Shown here piece after piece: positions 25,545-37,861 of a DNA stretch of 64,000 bases; the stretch's first letter is position 1; each line of letters starts with the position of its first letter. The translations under genes were made by a program, and so were the position numbers. The notes below the pieces were generated by a model. It searched no databases, was not told where the DNA came from, and worked only from the letters and a program-made list of their open reading frames with translations. The stretch is from NCBI RefSeq assembly GCF_006345805.1, contig NC_043008.1, positions 63,984,001 through 64,048,000 on the forward strand, in the 5' to 3' direction. This stretch comes from Octopus sinensis (Eukaryota).

Positions 25545-25775
25545 TGATGTATTTTCATAATGCACACATTTTTTTCTCTCCTTCTTTCTGTGTTTCTTCT
25601 CTGTGTATCTTTCTGTTGAAGAGCGTAGGCTCGAAACGTAAAAGACTTGTTTTATTTATATTCCTGAGCGCCATACTAATACAATTGTTTGTTTGTATTC
25701 CACCTGCCTTCTTTTGTTTATTTCTGTAAACATGCCTTCGTCTTTTGTCTATTTTCATAAAGCTTCCCGTTATAT
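25545..25775 (+). mobile_element. PLE-type non-coding module in (TA)n with a minimal HHR-like motif at 25608-25645
   Basis: TCTTT-CTGTTGA-A-GAGC-GTAG-GCTC-GAAAC-GTA-AAAGA. A second copy lies on the minus strand at 56705-56895. Confidence 0.6.
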
Positions 25776-25824
25776 AAATATATACATATGTATGTATATA
25801 TCTATATTATATCTATTTCTGTTT

Positions 25825-26237
25825 CCTGTGACAATTTGCGTAAAGACTTTGGTGGGCTTGCCAACAGTTTATCAAAAATATTGAAGAGTGTTTCATCTGA
25901 ATGAACAGCAGGCATACAGCTTCTTGCTGCATCTCCCACTGAGCCCGTGTTTCTAAATTTTCTTAACAAATCCCACACAATGTCATGATGTGGAACAACA
26001 GTATTCAGAAAAGTTTCAGTGAATTTCTGTTTCACAGTATCTATGTATTTGTTTCCAGCTCGAAACAACCATTCAACTAAAAACGTACATCCTTCAATGG
26101 TTAGCATGGCGACATGCAGAAGGGTACACAATGATTGAGGGATAATGGCTGACACTCAGCTGCCCATGCAGTAACAGCCAAGTTGCGCATGCGCAGGATA
26201 AAAAGAATTCACTGCTGAGGGACTTTTGAAAACCCTG
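25825..26237 (-). mobile_element. Tc1/mariner-superfamily transposon 5' fragment (DUF4817-type HTH)
   Basis: MLTIEGCTFLVEWLFRAGNKYIDTVKQKF...DLLRKFRNTGSVGDAARS...SPPKSLRKLSQET; terminal CAGGGTTTTCAAAAG. Confidence 0.75.
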
Positions 26238-26336
26238 TTTATATATTCATAATCATCATCATCTTAAAGGTCAAAGAAAATGAAATGAGAAAATTCTTCC
26301 CAAATATCAACCAATTTATTTCATCTGCTGAAATGT

Positions 26337-26337
<1 letters not shown>

Positions 26338-26369
<32 letters not shown>

Positions 26370-26665
26370 TGTTTAACGTCTGTTTTCCATGCTAGCATGG
26401 GTTGGACGGTTCAACTGGGGTCTGGGAAGCCAGAAGGCTGCGCCAGTCCCAGTCTGATCTGGCAGTGTTTCTACAGCTGGATGCCCTTCCTAACGCCAAC
26501 CACTCCGTGAGTGTAGTGGGTACTTTTGCGTGCCACCTGACCAGGTGCCAGACGAGGCTGGCAAACGGCCATGATCGGATGGTACTTTTTACATGCCACT
26601 GGCACGGGGCCAGACGAGGCTGGCAATGGCCACAATCGGATGGTGCATTTTACGTGCCACCGGCA
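26338..26665 (-). mobile_element. RTE LINE 3' UTR with (GAT)n tail
   Basis: Reverse complement of the 17386-17830 family. Confidence 0.85.
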
Positions 26666-28659
26666 AGAATATCAAAAACTGGAGTAATCTTATTGGAAGA
26701 TGACATTTGGAAAGCAAGAATTTTATAAGGGCATATGATATTTCTTGAGGTAATACTTTACTGCTTTCTGTAATTACTAATGTAAATACGGTTGTACAAG
26801 CTTCATGGCTGAATGGTTTGGAATCATGTTTACCAATCCCCAGCTCTCACAGTAAAAAACCGAAATTACTTTCTTGCCAACCCAATATTTCTAATGGCTA
26901 GAGTCCTTAAATAAGGGCTTACACTAACTTATGATAACTATTACTGTGTATATGCGTAAAAGACAGTCAGCTGGTAGAATTTGGTAGAGTTGTAAGTGCC
27001 TCGGACGAAATGTTTAGCAACATTTCATCTGGATCTTCATGTTCTGAGTTCAATTCCTGACAAGGTCAACTGTGCCTTTCATCCTTTCAGGGTCAATAAA
27101 ATGAAGTACCAGTCAAGTAAAGGGGTCAACATAATTGATATACTCTTCCCCTTAAAATTCCTAGCCTTGTGCCAAAATTAGAAAAAATTCTACATCGCGG
27201 GCATGGCTGTGTGGTTAGGGAGCTTGCTTCCTAGCTACAAGGTTTCAGGTTCAGTCCCACTGTGTGCTACTTTGGGTGCCTTCCACTATAGCCCTGAGCC
27301 GACTGAAGCTTTGTGATTGAATTCAGTAGGCGGAAGTTACTGCCATGTGTGTATATGTGCGTGTAGGTGCTCAGTGCCTCTCCGAAAGAGAAAGGGGGAT
27401 ATGTATTTGTTGTTGGTTAATCCCAAGTAAACTCTGATTGACAAAACCAATAATCAAGAACATTGTGACTGCAGTCATCTTATGTTATGTTCAGATATTA
27501 CATACCTAAGGCTGTAATAACCAATGCAGCCTCCAATATTTAAGACAGTGGAATCTAATTTAAAGGGAAATATTGCTAATCTCTCTTGCAGATTGAGCAA
27601 TTAGCCACCACCACTAATACTGTGTTCATAATTATCACCTTTAAACTAATTTTGATTGCTAACCTCAGGCCCCACTATTATAATTATTAAGGCAGTGAGC
27701 TGGTAGAATCATTAAGCAAGCCAGACAAAATGCTTCGCGGCATTTTGTCCATTATTATGTTCTGTGTTCAAATTCCACGAAGATCGACTTTGCCTTTTCT
27801 CCTTTCAGGGTTCATACAATAAGTACCAGGGTTGATGTAATCAACTAGCCGCCACCCCAAACTTTCAGGTCTCATGCCGTTAGTAGAAAGTATTATTATC
27901 ATTGATTTTTCCTCATTGTCATTAGAGGTAAAGAAAAGCTTTAAACCAAGGTGGAGTAATAAACTTGCAAGGGACAGGAAATAGGTGATATTAAATGATA
28001 TCTTATAAACAACAATCTAAAATAAGTGAATACCTCCTGTTAAATTCAAAAGTAAATATTTAAATCGAAATTCTCAATTTCCTTTTCAATTTATTGAGTC
28101 CTTAGAGCTGCTACTAATGGTAGACTCCTATTGAAAGATGCTGTCTAACACTTTAGTATTAATCTACTTTCTTTTCCTATACTAGAATATATTTAGTGAG
28201 TGTTCTACTTTTAATAAATCTTGATAGAATTTGGATGCTTGCCAGACAAAATGTCGTTAAAAATTAAGTTTATAAAGGTTATTACACTTCCTGAAATGTA
28301 TAATTTATTCACCATAAATGGAATTTTCAAGGAAAAATGAAATAATAACAGACAGGTGAAATAAGACATGGTTTACTTTGATTGAGTTTACATCAAGCTC
28401 ATAATTTAGTTTCTCAACTTATTAAAAGTAACAGCAAAAAAATCTGCCTAAAAATTCCCCTTTCAGCTTAAAGGATATATTGATCGCTGGGTAGGTTACA
28501 TCCAAAAACAAAAAAAAAAAATAAGTATCTTGGTCGAGGCTGGCAAGGAGTTAAACAAGAACAAGTATAACGTTAGGAACAGGAGAATGATGTATCAGTT
28601 TGTTTGAGAAACCTGTGATTATGTAAGCAATGATGTATAAGGCATCAGTTATGTAAGCT

Positions 28660-28707
<48 letters not shown>

Positions 28708-28837
28708 CACCACCACCACCACCACTACTACTACTACCACCACTACCACCACCACCACCACTACTACTATTACTACTACTACTACTACTACTATAACTAT
28801 TATTATTATTATTATTATTATCATTATTATTATTATT

Positions 28838-29385
28838 GAGTGAGAGAGCAGTTCATGCCATCAAAGTGACACTGGGGTAAAATATACGAAGCCCAATATA
28901 CCCATCATGACTACCCGTCTGATAAAGGTACACCAGGCACATGCATCACAACCATATGTGCGCGACATGGTGATCTTATATCAAGATAAACAGCACATGA
29001 CCTTGCAGGTGGGGCCCAGTTAGAATTTTCTTCAGGTTGAGTAGCCCATCCCGCTCAAACGGTCCCTGAATAAGGGTTGTTTAAGGATGTTGAAAGAACC
29101 ACCCATGTTTCCAGAGGTGAACTATTCAAACCCCAAAGAATCCCTCTCAACACATGGCTATGATGCTCCCCCACTACTTCTGCTCGTGATCAGAGATGCA
29201 CATATCGTCAGCCACTAAGGGAGATACTCAACTGGTTAAGGTCAAACAACTGACAAGCAAATCTGTGGTATTGAGCAGAATATTTGCTGTAGCCCATCTT
29301 TTATACCAAGACAAAACAATGTACATGATAACACTTCCAATCAGTTAAGATCAGAAGCCATAAGAGCCACTGCCTGGTACTGCAT
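28838..29385 (-). mobile_element. ~550-bp non-coding interspersed repeat with microsatellites at both ends
   Basis: Colinear with 62846-63500 in the opposite orientation. Starts TGATGCAGTACCAGGCAGTGGCTC and ends CTCTCTCACTC(AAT)n. Confidence 0.75.
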
Positions 29386-29399
29386 CATCATTATTATTA

Positions 29400-29417
29400 T
29401 TATCATTATTATTATTA

Positions 29418-29451
<34 letters not shown>

Positions 29452-29688
29452 CATCATCATCATCATCATCACCATCATCATCATTATTATTATTACTATT
29501 ATTATCATTATTATTATTATTCTATGTTTGACTTTTGCTTTATATTTGTACAAGTTGGCTCCAAGTCTCACCCAGAGACCTCAAGAGACAACAGGTTGGA
29601 AGTTCATGTTGTTGTTATGCCTAGTGTGCCATATATTTTTTTTGGGGGGGGGGGGGGAGTTTTTGGTGTTGTACTAATGAATGTCTAA

Positions 29689-29721
<33 letters not shown>

Positions 29722-29759
29722 TAAACCGAAAATTATGTTTGTTTTAAACCTTTATTATA

Positions 29760-29793
<34 letters not shown>

Positions 29794-30110
29794 TATTATT
29801 ATTATTATTATCATCATCATCATCATCATCACCATCATCATCATTATTATTATTACTATTATTATCATTATTATTATTATTCTATGTTTGACTTTTGCTT
29901 TATATTTGTACAAGTTGGCTCCAAGTCTCACCCAGAGACCTCAAGAGACAACAGGTTGGAAGTTCATGTTGTTGTTATGCCTAGTGTGCCATATATTTTT
30001 TTTGGGGGGGGGGGGGGGAGTTTTTGGTGTTGTACTAATGAATGTCTAAAAAAAAAATTTTTTTTTCTTTTTTTCTTTTTTTAAACCGAAAATTATGTTT
30101 GTTTTAAACC

Positions 30111-30113
<3 letters not shown>
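29400..30113. repeat. Near-identical 360-bp tandem duplication
   Basis: TCTATGTTTGACTTTTGC starts at 29521 and 29881. The differences seen are in homopolymer and microsatellite tracts. Confidence 0.9.
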
Positions 30114-30154
<41 letters not shown>

Positions 30155-30525
30155 TCTATTTTCATCATTCCTAATTTCTCTTATATCAACCCACATTCAA
30201 ATGCACCAAAGAAATCTATTGAAGATATATTACTAGTTTTGTTTGTCTTTTTTCATTCTTGCTGTTATAACACCAATTTAAATCCTTCTACACCTCAACC
30301 AACGAATAACTGGCAATTTTAAGCTGTTCTTCTTTATTTAATTTTCATCTCTTTATCTTATTTTTATCAGATCTCACGAAAATTACTCCACTTGCACTTC
30401 TTTCATGCATTTAACACTGTTGCTAATTATTTGTATTTCAGACTCTATACATGCTAAAATATCTCCCCCACCACCTCTCTCTCTCTCCCTTTCTCCCTTT
30501 CTCTCTCAAAAAAAAAACATGGTAA

Positions 30526-30880
30526 CTCATCATCATCATCCTCATCATCATCACCATCAGCATCAGTGCCATCATTGTCATCATCATCATCATCACCATA
30601 ATCATTGTCATCATCGTCATGATCATCATCACCATCATCACAATAATCTTTATCATCATCGTCATCATCATCACTATCACCATCATTGCAATCATTGTCA
30701 TCATCATCATCACCATAATCATTGTCATCGTCATCATCACCATCATCATCATCATGATCATCATCATCATCATCACCACCATAATCATTGTCATCGTCAT
30801 TGTCATTGTCGTCATCATCATCATCATCATCATCATCATTACAATAATCATTGTCATCATCATCATTACAATAATCATTG

Positions 30881-30913
<33 letters not shown>

Positions 30914-30930
30914 CCACCATCATAATCATC
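30526..30930. repeat. Degenerate (CAT)n array with higher-order units
   Basis: Recurrent CACCATAATCATTGTCATC units. Confidence 0.9.
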
Positions 30931-31423
30931 GTTTTAATGTCCATTTTGTCAAGCTTGCACAGATCAGATGGAATTCACTGACCATCCAGAAGGCATTATT
31001 GTTGCTAACCCCTAACCTGTTTCCAAACAAGCTTATAACTGCTTCATAGCACAGACATGTTTTCATGGAAGACTGGAAACAAATGTCATCATTTGTATGC
31101 TCTTACTCTTTACTCTCTTTTACTTGTTTCAGTCATCTGACTGTGGCCATGCTGGAGCACTGCCTTTAGTCGAGCAATTCTTTGTAAGCCTAGAAATTAT
31201 TCTATCGGTCTCTTTTGCCGAACCACTAAGTAATGGGGACGTAAACACACCAGCATCGGTTGTCAAGCGATGTTGGCGGGGACCGACACAGACATACAAA
31301 CATATATACACAGATACATATATATATGCGACAGGCTTCTTTCAGTTTCCGTCTACCAAATCCACTCACAAGGCTTTGGTCAGCCAGAGGCTATTGTAGA
31401 AGACACTAAGACAAGGAAGCACA

Positions 31424-31455
<32 letters not shown>

Positions 31456-32112
31456 TGCATGCAACTGCTTGCTCACATATACCTATGATGGGCTTCTTTC
31501 AGTTTCCTTCTACCAAATTACTTACAAAGCCTTAGTTGGAGGTTCAGGTTCAGCCAGAGCTTTAGTAGAAGATACCTGCTCATGATCTTAAAAATCATCT
31601 CTTAAAAGTGTCATTCTTTGAAATTTTATACTTCATAGTATAAAGGCTGCTAAAAGCTACTCAGACAAAAAAATTTTTCATGACAGTGAAAAGAAAATAA
31701 AGGGTGAAATTATAAATGTTGTACAATGAATATTTTGTTTTGCATTTTGAAGGAAAAACAATATTACCAAAATAGAGTTTATAAGAAAATATTTAAAGAA
31801 ATAGTCTACCAGTATTTCAATTATCTTTAAAGGAACAGCTTGAATAAGCTGCAGGGCATAGATATAATCAATGATATTCCTTGCCATTTTGTATCGCATT
31901 AGCTAAATGTAAGCATGAACAATGGACATGGGGAGTCAACAAGGAGGTATTGCTAATGATTTTTGCTATTCTGATGTATAAAAATTTTTGGTTGATAATG
32001 TTATATTTTAAAGGGAAGCAAAAAAGGAGAATAGTATTTATGTAATGTTTACATTTGGATATATCAACAGGTATAAGTTTACTAATAGATAATAATCAAG
32101 TTATTGAAGTAG

Positions 32113-32392
32113 TTATCATCGTCGTCATTGTTGTCGTCGTCGTCGTCATTGTCATCATCATTATCATCATCATTGTTATCATTGTCATCATCATTGTCAT
32201 TACCATCATTGTCATCATCGTCATCGTCGTCATCGTTGTAATCATCATCATCATTATTGTCATCATCACTAGTGTCATCATCATTATCCATTATCGTCAT
32301 CGGCATCATCATCATCAATGTGGTCGTCATCATCATCATCATCGTCACCATCATCATCATCATCATCATCATTATCATCATCATCATCGTCG

Positions 32393-32440
<48 letters not shown>

Positions 32441-32482
32441 GTGTGGTCGTCGTCATCATCGTCATCATCATCATCATCATAG
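32113..32482. repeat. Degenerate (CAT/CGT)n array
   Basis: Trinucleotide array. Similar tracts occur at 49935-50030 and 51520-51815, (AAT)n at 41595-41725 and a compound tract at 28660-28837. Confidence 0.9.
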
Positions 32483-33124
32483 TCATAATTTTAATGTCTA
32501 CTTTCTTTTTCTTTGTGTGAGTCAGACAAAGTACATTGAGACAGATTTTCTACACCCAACCCAGATACCTATCCTGTCACCAAACTTCACCTGTTTTCAG
32601 GCGAGGCAATATTTTGCCATGGTCAGAGATGTATTCATGGAAGAGAGCAACTACTGGAAAAAAAGAGATATGAACATATGTAGGAGCAAGTATGTCTGTG
32701 TGGTAAAAAGTCTGCTTCCCAACCACATGGTTCCAGGTTCAGTCCCACTACATAACACCTTGGGCAAGTGTTTTTACAACAGCTCCAGGCTGACCAAAAC
32801 CTTGTGAGTGGATATGGTAGACAGAAACTGAAAAAGGCCTACCATATATATATATATATACACATGCATACATATATACAGGGAAAAAATAAGTTCAAAA
32901 AAGAACAATTCAAACTTTTTGAGAGGTCCAAAAAGAGAGAAAGAATGATTTCTAATAAAGATTCATCATATTCATAAAAAACAGCATGAGCAAGTAATAA
33001 GAATATGGAAAGAATAGTTGAAAAATATTGTTATAGGTATAAGTATACCATAAACAATTATAGAAAAATGGAGGAGAAAAAGATGTTGAATCAAAATTAG
33101 ATTTAATACAAAATAGGATTCAAT

Positions 33125-33222
33125 ACATACGTGTGTTTCAAAGGACAATACAAATATGTAAGAAAAAAATTATAATCATAGTAATTATAATTAAATTCAT
33201 GCATTGTTATTCTCATCAGTGT
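33125..33222 (-). ncRNA. Type I hammerhead motif, long stem II
   Basis: ACA-CTGATGA-GAATAACAATGC...GTATTGTCCTTT-GAAAC-ACAC-GTA-TGT. Core intact, GUA site, short stem I. Confidence 0.7.
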
Positions 33223-33442
33223 GAGGAGTGAGAAATTCTTGGAAGGACATCAAAAAATTTTTAATAAAATAAAGCAAATTAGAGTAAGAAACGATAAGGG
33301 AGAATACAAATGGGGTAATAGGGAAAAATCAGATATTTTTTCCCTATTACACCATTTGTATTCTCCCTTATTGTATCTTATTTTAATTTACTTTATTTTA
33401 TTAAAACTTTTTTGATGTCCTTCCAAAAATTTCTCACTCCTC

Positions 33443-33540
33443 ACATTGAAGAGAATGACAATGCATAAATTTAATTGTAATTATTATGATTATGATTTTT
33501 TTCTTACATATTTGTATTGTCCTTTGAAACGAGCGTATGT
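33443..33540 (+). ncRNA. Type I hammerhead motif, C3U-decayed copy
   Basis: ACA-TTGAAGA-GAATGACAATGC...GTATTGTCCTTT-GAAAC-GAGC-GTA-TGT. Confidence 0.6.
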
Positions 33541-33587
33541 ACTGAATCCTATTTTGTATTAAATCTAATTTTGATTCAACATTTTTT

Positions 33588-34890
33588 CTCAAGCTCCTTT
33601 TATTGATCATAGTCCTCCAGGCAATGACAAAGGAATTTAAGACAGGATGACCCTGAGAGATCCTCTATGCTGATGACCTTGCTCTAATAGCTAAGTCACT
33701 ATCAGAACTAGAGGAGAAGTTTCAGGTGTGGAAGTAAGGTCTAGAATCGATGGGCCTTAGAGTGAATCTAGCAAAAACCAAGGTCTTTATAAGTAGGAAG
33801 GCAGACAAATCACAAATCCCTTCAGGTAGATGGCCCTGCTTGTTCTGTAGAAAAGGTATAGGTAGAAACTCCATACGATCTACCCGGTGCAAGCTTTGGA
33901 TACATAAGAGGTGCAGTAATATCAAAGGAAGATTACTGGGAAGATAGCTTTTTGTGTAGCACAGGGGCAATACACACTGAAAATGTGCAGAAAACAGCCT
34001 CCATCACATGCCAAGGGGGGAAAACTAGAAGTAGTTGATAGCTTCCTTTGAGGACATAAGTAAGCCTGCAAGAAATGAAGCTAGTATGATCCACTGGATG
34101 TGTAATGTCAGTGTGCATACACAGCAGAGTGTAAGTGACCTGAGAGAAAAGTTGCACATAAGAAGCATCAGATGTGGTGTGCAAGAAAAATGACAGTTCT
34201 GGTATGGTTGTGTGTTGCGCATGGATGACGACAGCTGTGTGAAAAAGTGTCACACCCTAACAGTGGAAGAAATAGTGTCACACCTTAACAGTGCAGGAAG
34301 ACCTGGGGTGAGGTGGTGAAGCACGATCTTTGAACGTTGGGCCTCACAGCGGTGATGATAGGTGATCAAAGACATTTAGAGATATGCTGTGCTTGAGAAG
34401 ACCTGGCAAGCCAAGTGAGACCATAACCATGGTCTACGCCAGTGTAGCATTTAAGAGTACCCTTCAATCATTGGGCAATAAACTGTACTTGAGAAGACTT
34501 ATTGAGTCAAATGAAATCCTTGTTGTGGCCGATACCAGAGCCACCTGACTGGTCCTGTGTAGTGGCATGTTAAAAGCACCATTCAAGTGTGGTCATTGCC
34601 AGTGCTGCCTGACTGACTCTTGTGTTGGTGGCATGTAAAAAGCATCAATCAAGCATGGTCGATGCCAGTACCACCTGACTGGCCCCTATGCCTGTGGTAT
34701 GTAAAATGCACCCACTACATTCTTGGAGTGGTTGGCGTTAGGAAGGGAATTCAGCTGTAGAAATCTTGCCAGGTCAAATTGGAGCCAGGTACAGCCTTCT
34801 GGCATGCCAGCCCTCAGTCAAACCGTCCAAACCATCCCAGCATGGAAAGCAGACGCTAAATGACGATGATGACGATGATGATGATGATGA
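33588..34890 (+). mobile_element. RTE-clade LINE, 5'-truncated, decayed
   Basis: LLIIVLQAMTKEFKTG*P*EILYADDLALIA...GLRVNLAKTKV...WPCLFCRKGIGRNSI...CKLWIHKRCS, followed by the 3' UTR subrepeats and a (GAT)n tail. Confidence 0.9.
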
Positions 34891-36214
34891 TATATGTATA
34901 TATATCTACATGCATGTGTCTTTCAGTTTGTGTTTGCTCCACCACCACCACCACCTCTGCTTAACAACCAGTGTTGGTGTGTTTGCATCCCTGTAACTTA
35001 ATGGTTCAGCAAAAGAGACTAACAGAATAAGTATCAAGCTTAAAATAATAAGTACAGGGGTCAATCCATTTGACTAAAAATTCAAGGTGGTGCCCCAGCA
35101 TGGCCACAGTCTAATGACTGAAACAAGTGAAAAATTAAAAGATATATGGCTCATGAATTATTTGCTCACTAGTTAATCCATTCACACATTTTATCACCAG
35201 TGCATGACTTTGAAAAGATTAGGAATAACCTTTTCTAATCTTTGGAAATTTTCTTGGCATAAATTTCTACTTCTGTAAGATTACTTTGGTCGAATTTCTT
35301 CAATTAGGTGCTACAAGTTTTGGGCTGACATTCTCTTTGCAACTAATACCACCTACAAGATTTTATCCCAGCTTTGCATTTGTTATGAAGTTAAAAGAAC
35401 TAAACATATCTCCTTAGATAAATGGAATTCATAAGAATAAAAGAATGAACGTCTCTGGCATTCTGAAATTGCAGCAATGCTAAAATAAGGTACTCTCTGT
35501 AGCCATTAATATTTAAAACTTATGAATAAGAACATATAAAACCAAGAAAATACAAAAGAGCACTTATTTGAAAAGTTTCTTTGTAGAGTGTAGAAATAAC
35601 TTTTCCAATTGATTTCATAACCAACCCATACCCTTACCTAATCAAGTTATTCTGTCTTTTCTTTCCTTTTCAGTATTAATCTGTTCATCAAATCATTCAT
35701 TATATTTCATAAATTTTCTTTATATTTTCCCTAGATTCTCGGAGTTCAGTTGCAGTGAGACCTCTTATCTAACAATGAAATGTTTTATCTTTCAGGTCCT
35801 ATATTTTCATACAAAAGTAAATATTATTCTTTGTTTATGTAAACAAAATATTTTTCAAAATGTTTTGCTGTAAATATAAAAATACTTTTTTAATACTTTT
35901 TAATACTTTTTTTATAAAAGAATTTATTAGAATTTCATAGCTTTCTGATAATATTTCTAAAAATACTGGCGAAAGTAAACTAACCCTCATATTACTCATT
36001 ATCATCATCATCGTTTTATGCTGGCATGTTTTGCAAAGGTTTGAATCAGTTTTTTTTTTCAAGGTTGCTTCAACCCTGCATGTGTTGAGGAATATGCTTT
36101 ACTTGTAAATTAAGTTTTTGTCAGGGTTTATACAGCCAGTTTCCCTTCCTCTTTAGTTTGTACTGTTCTCATGCTTAAGTGAAAGAGGACTATCTGCAAT
36201 CAGTCGAGTTCCAG

Positions 36215-36452
36215 GTCTGCAATCTCTTGAATCTGCATTTGACTCAGCTTGTGATGATTTTGGTTTGACCATCAACTTGGAAAAACATTTGTAATGCATC
36301 GACCTGTATGCGGTGCTGTTTGTAACCCCACTAAAATTTTACTTGACGTTGTTGATTCATTCGTCGACCTTGGAAGCTCTGTTCAAAATAATGGAAATCT
36401 TGATACAGAAATACATCTGTGAATTCAAAGAGCAGCAAAAGCATTTGTATAC
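36215..36452 (+). mobile_element. RTE LINE RT fragment
   Basis: LQSLESAFDSACDDFGLTINLEK...VVDSFVDLGSSVQNNGNLDTEIHL*IQRAAKAF (across one frameshift). Confidence 0.75.
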
Positions 36453-37210
36453 TTACTTATATGTCACTGGCACCAAATGTGTAACTCCAAGCCACCAAAT
36501 GTGTGTGTATGAACACACGAGCATTGTGTATGCATATGCATGCATGTGTATGTAAGTGTACGTACATGTCCATATATGTGTGCATGTGTATATATATATA
36601 TTATGTTTATGTATATATATGTGTGTGTGTGTGTGCACGTATGTATATATGTATATATAGATGAATATGTATATATATGTATGTATGTGTGTGTATGTGC
36701 CCGAGCATTAGTATGTATATGGAAGTATATGTAAAGCAACACATCTCTACATATAAGCTGAATCTTAAAGGTCAGCTAAGGACAATCGCATGTGTAACCA
36801 ACCACACAAACTAAACCAACAGTACAAAGAAATGAAATGCCAATCCCTTTAAAATGGCAACTACATTAACAGCAGCAGAATCACCATTCCACTACATCTA
36901 CACATTGAAAGCAGTTTGCCAATAGCCCTTCAGCAGCAACACACCTTGATAAGCTCAGTAACTACTACTAAATTCAGGCCATGACAGACAGAGAGGATGT
37001 TCTTGAAACCAATGACTTTGAACTTACAACAATATTTACATATCGGCTGAGGAAAAACAACTGATTGCATAATACAGGGAAACAGTTGCATAATCAAGTG
37101 CCTGCACCCCTGGAGAACTACATTGCATGGAAACAATTGTAGTGATTAAAGAATATATGTCCAACCATACTCAATCTTATTGACTCCAACTTTTTCAATT
37201 ATATATATAT

Positions 37211-37630
37211 TCTCCTTTTCTTTTACTTGTTTCAGTCATTTGACTGCGGCCATGCTGGAGCACTGCCTTTAGTCAAGCAAATCAACCCCAGGACTTATTC
37301 TTTGTAAGCCTAGTACTTATTCTATCAGTCTCTTTTGCCGAACCCCTAAGTTATGGTGACGTAAATACACCACCATCGGTTGTCAAGCGATGTTGGAGGG
37401 GACAAACACAGACACACAAACATATACATACACATATACATATATATAATATATATATATATACATATATGCGACAGGCTTCTTTCAGCTTCTGTCTCCC
37501 AAATCCACTCATAAGGCTTTGGTCAACCTGAGGCTATAGTAGAAGACACTTGCCCAAGGTGCCATGCAGTGGGAATCAACCCGAAACCATGTGGTTGGTA
37601 AGCAAGCTACATACCACACAGCCACTCCTA
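37211..37630 (-). mobile_element. tRNA-derived SINE (family A), full length
   Basis: Reverse complement of 11147-11565. Confidence 0.88.
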
Positions 37631-37703
37631 TATATATATATATATAGTTTATTTTTCCATTCAGGTAAGATCAACAAAAAGTACTTCATCTGGTGAAAGA
37701 TAA

Positions 37704-37861
37704 ATATTGTTTGATGTACACTGTATATCGTTATGAACTACTAACAGTTTCATACGTTGAAGATATTATCTAGGCAGGTTTGAAAACCTGGTTGGATAGT
37801 ATCTTCTATGTATGAAACTATTAGTAGCTCATAACTATATACTGTGTACATTAAACAATAT
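37704..37861. repeat. 158-bp imperfect palindrome (fold-back / MITE-like)
   Basis: ATATTGTTTGATGTACAC...CAGGTTT-GA-AAACCTG...GTGTACATTAAACAATAT. Confidence 0.85.

Larger units (their letters stand above)
33074..33590. repeat. ~517-bp imperfect palindrome (about 255-bp arms, 8-bp loop), each arm carrying an outward-facing HHR motif
   Basis: Centre TAATAGGGAAAAA-TCAGATAT-TTTTTCCCTATTA; arms are 33074-33328 and 33337-33590. Confidence 0.92.

Noticed and set aside
29341-32807. Poly-I, poly-M, poly-H and poly-D ORFs (also 41559-41788, 51447-51912)
   Set aside because: These are stop-free frames of (CAT)n/(ATT)n arrays.
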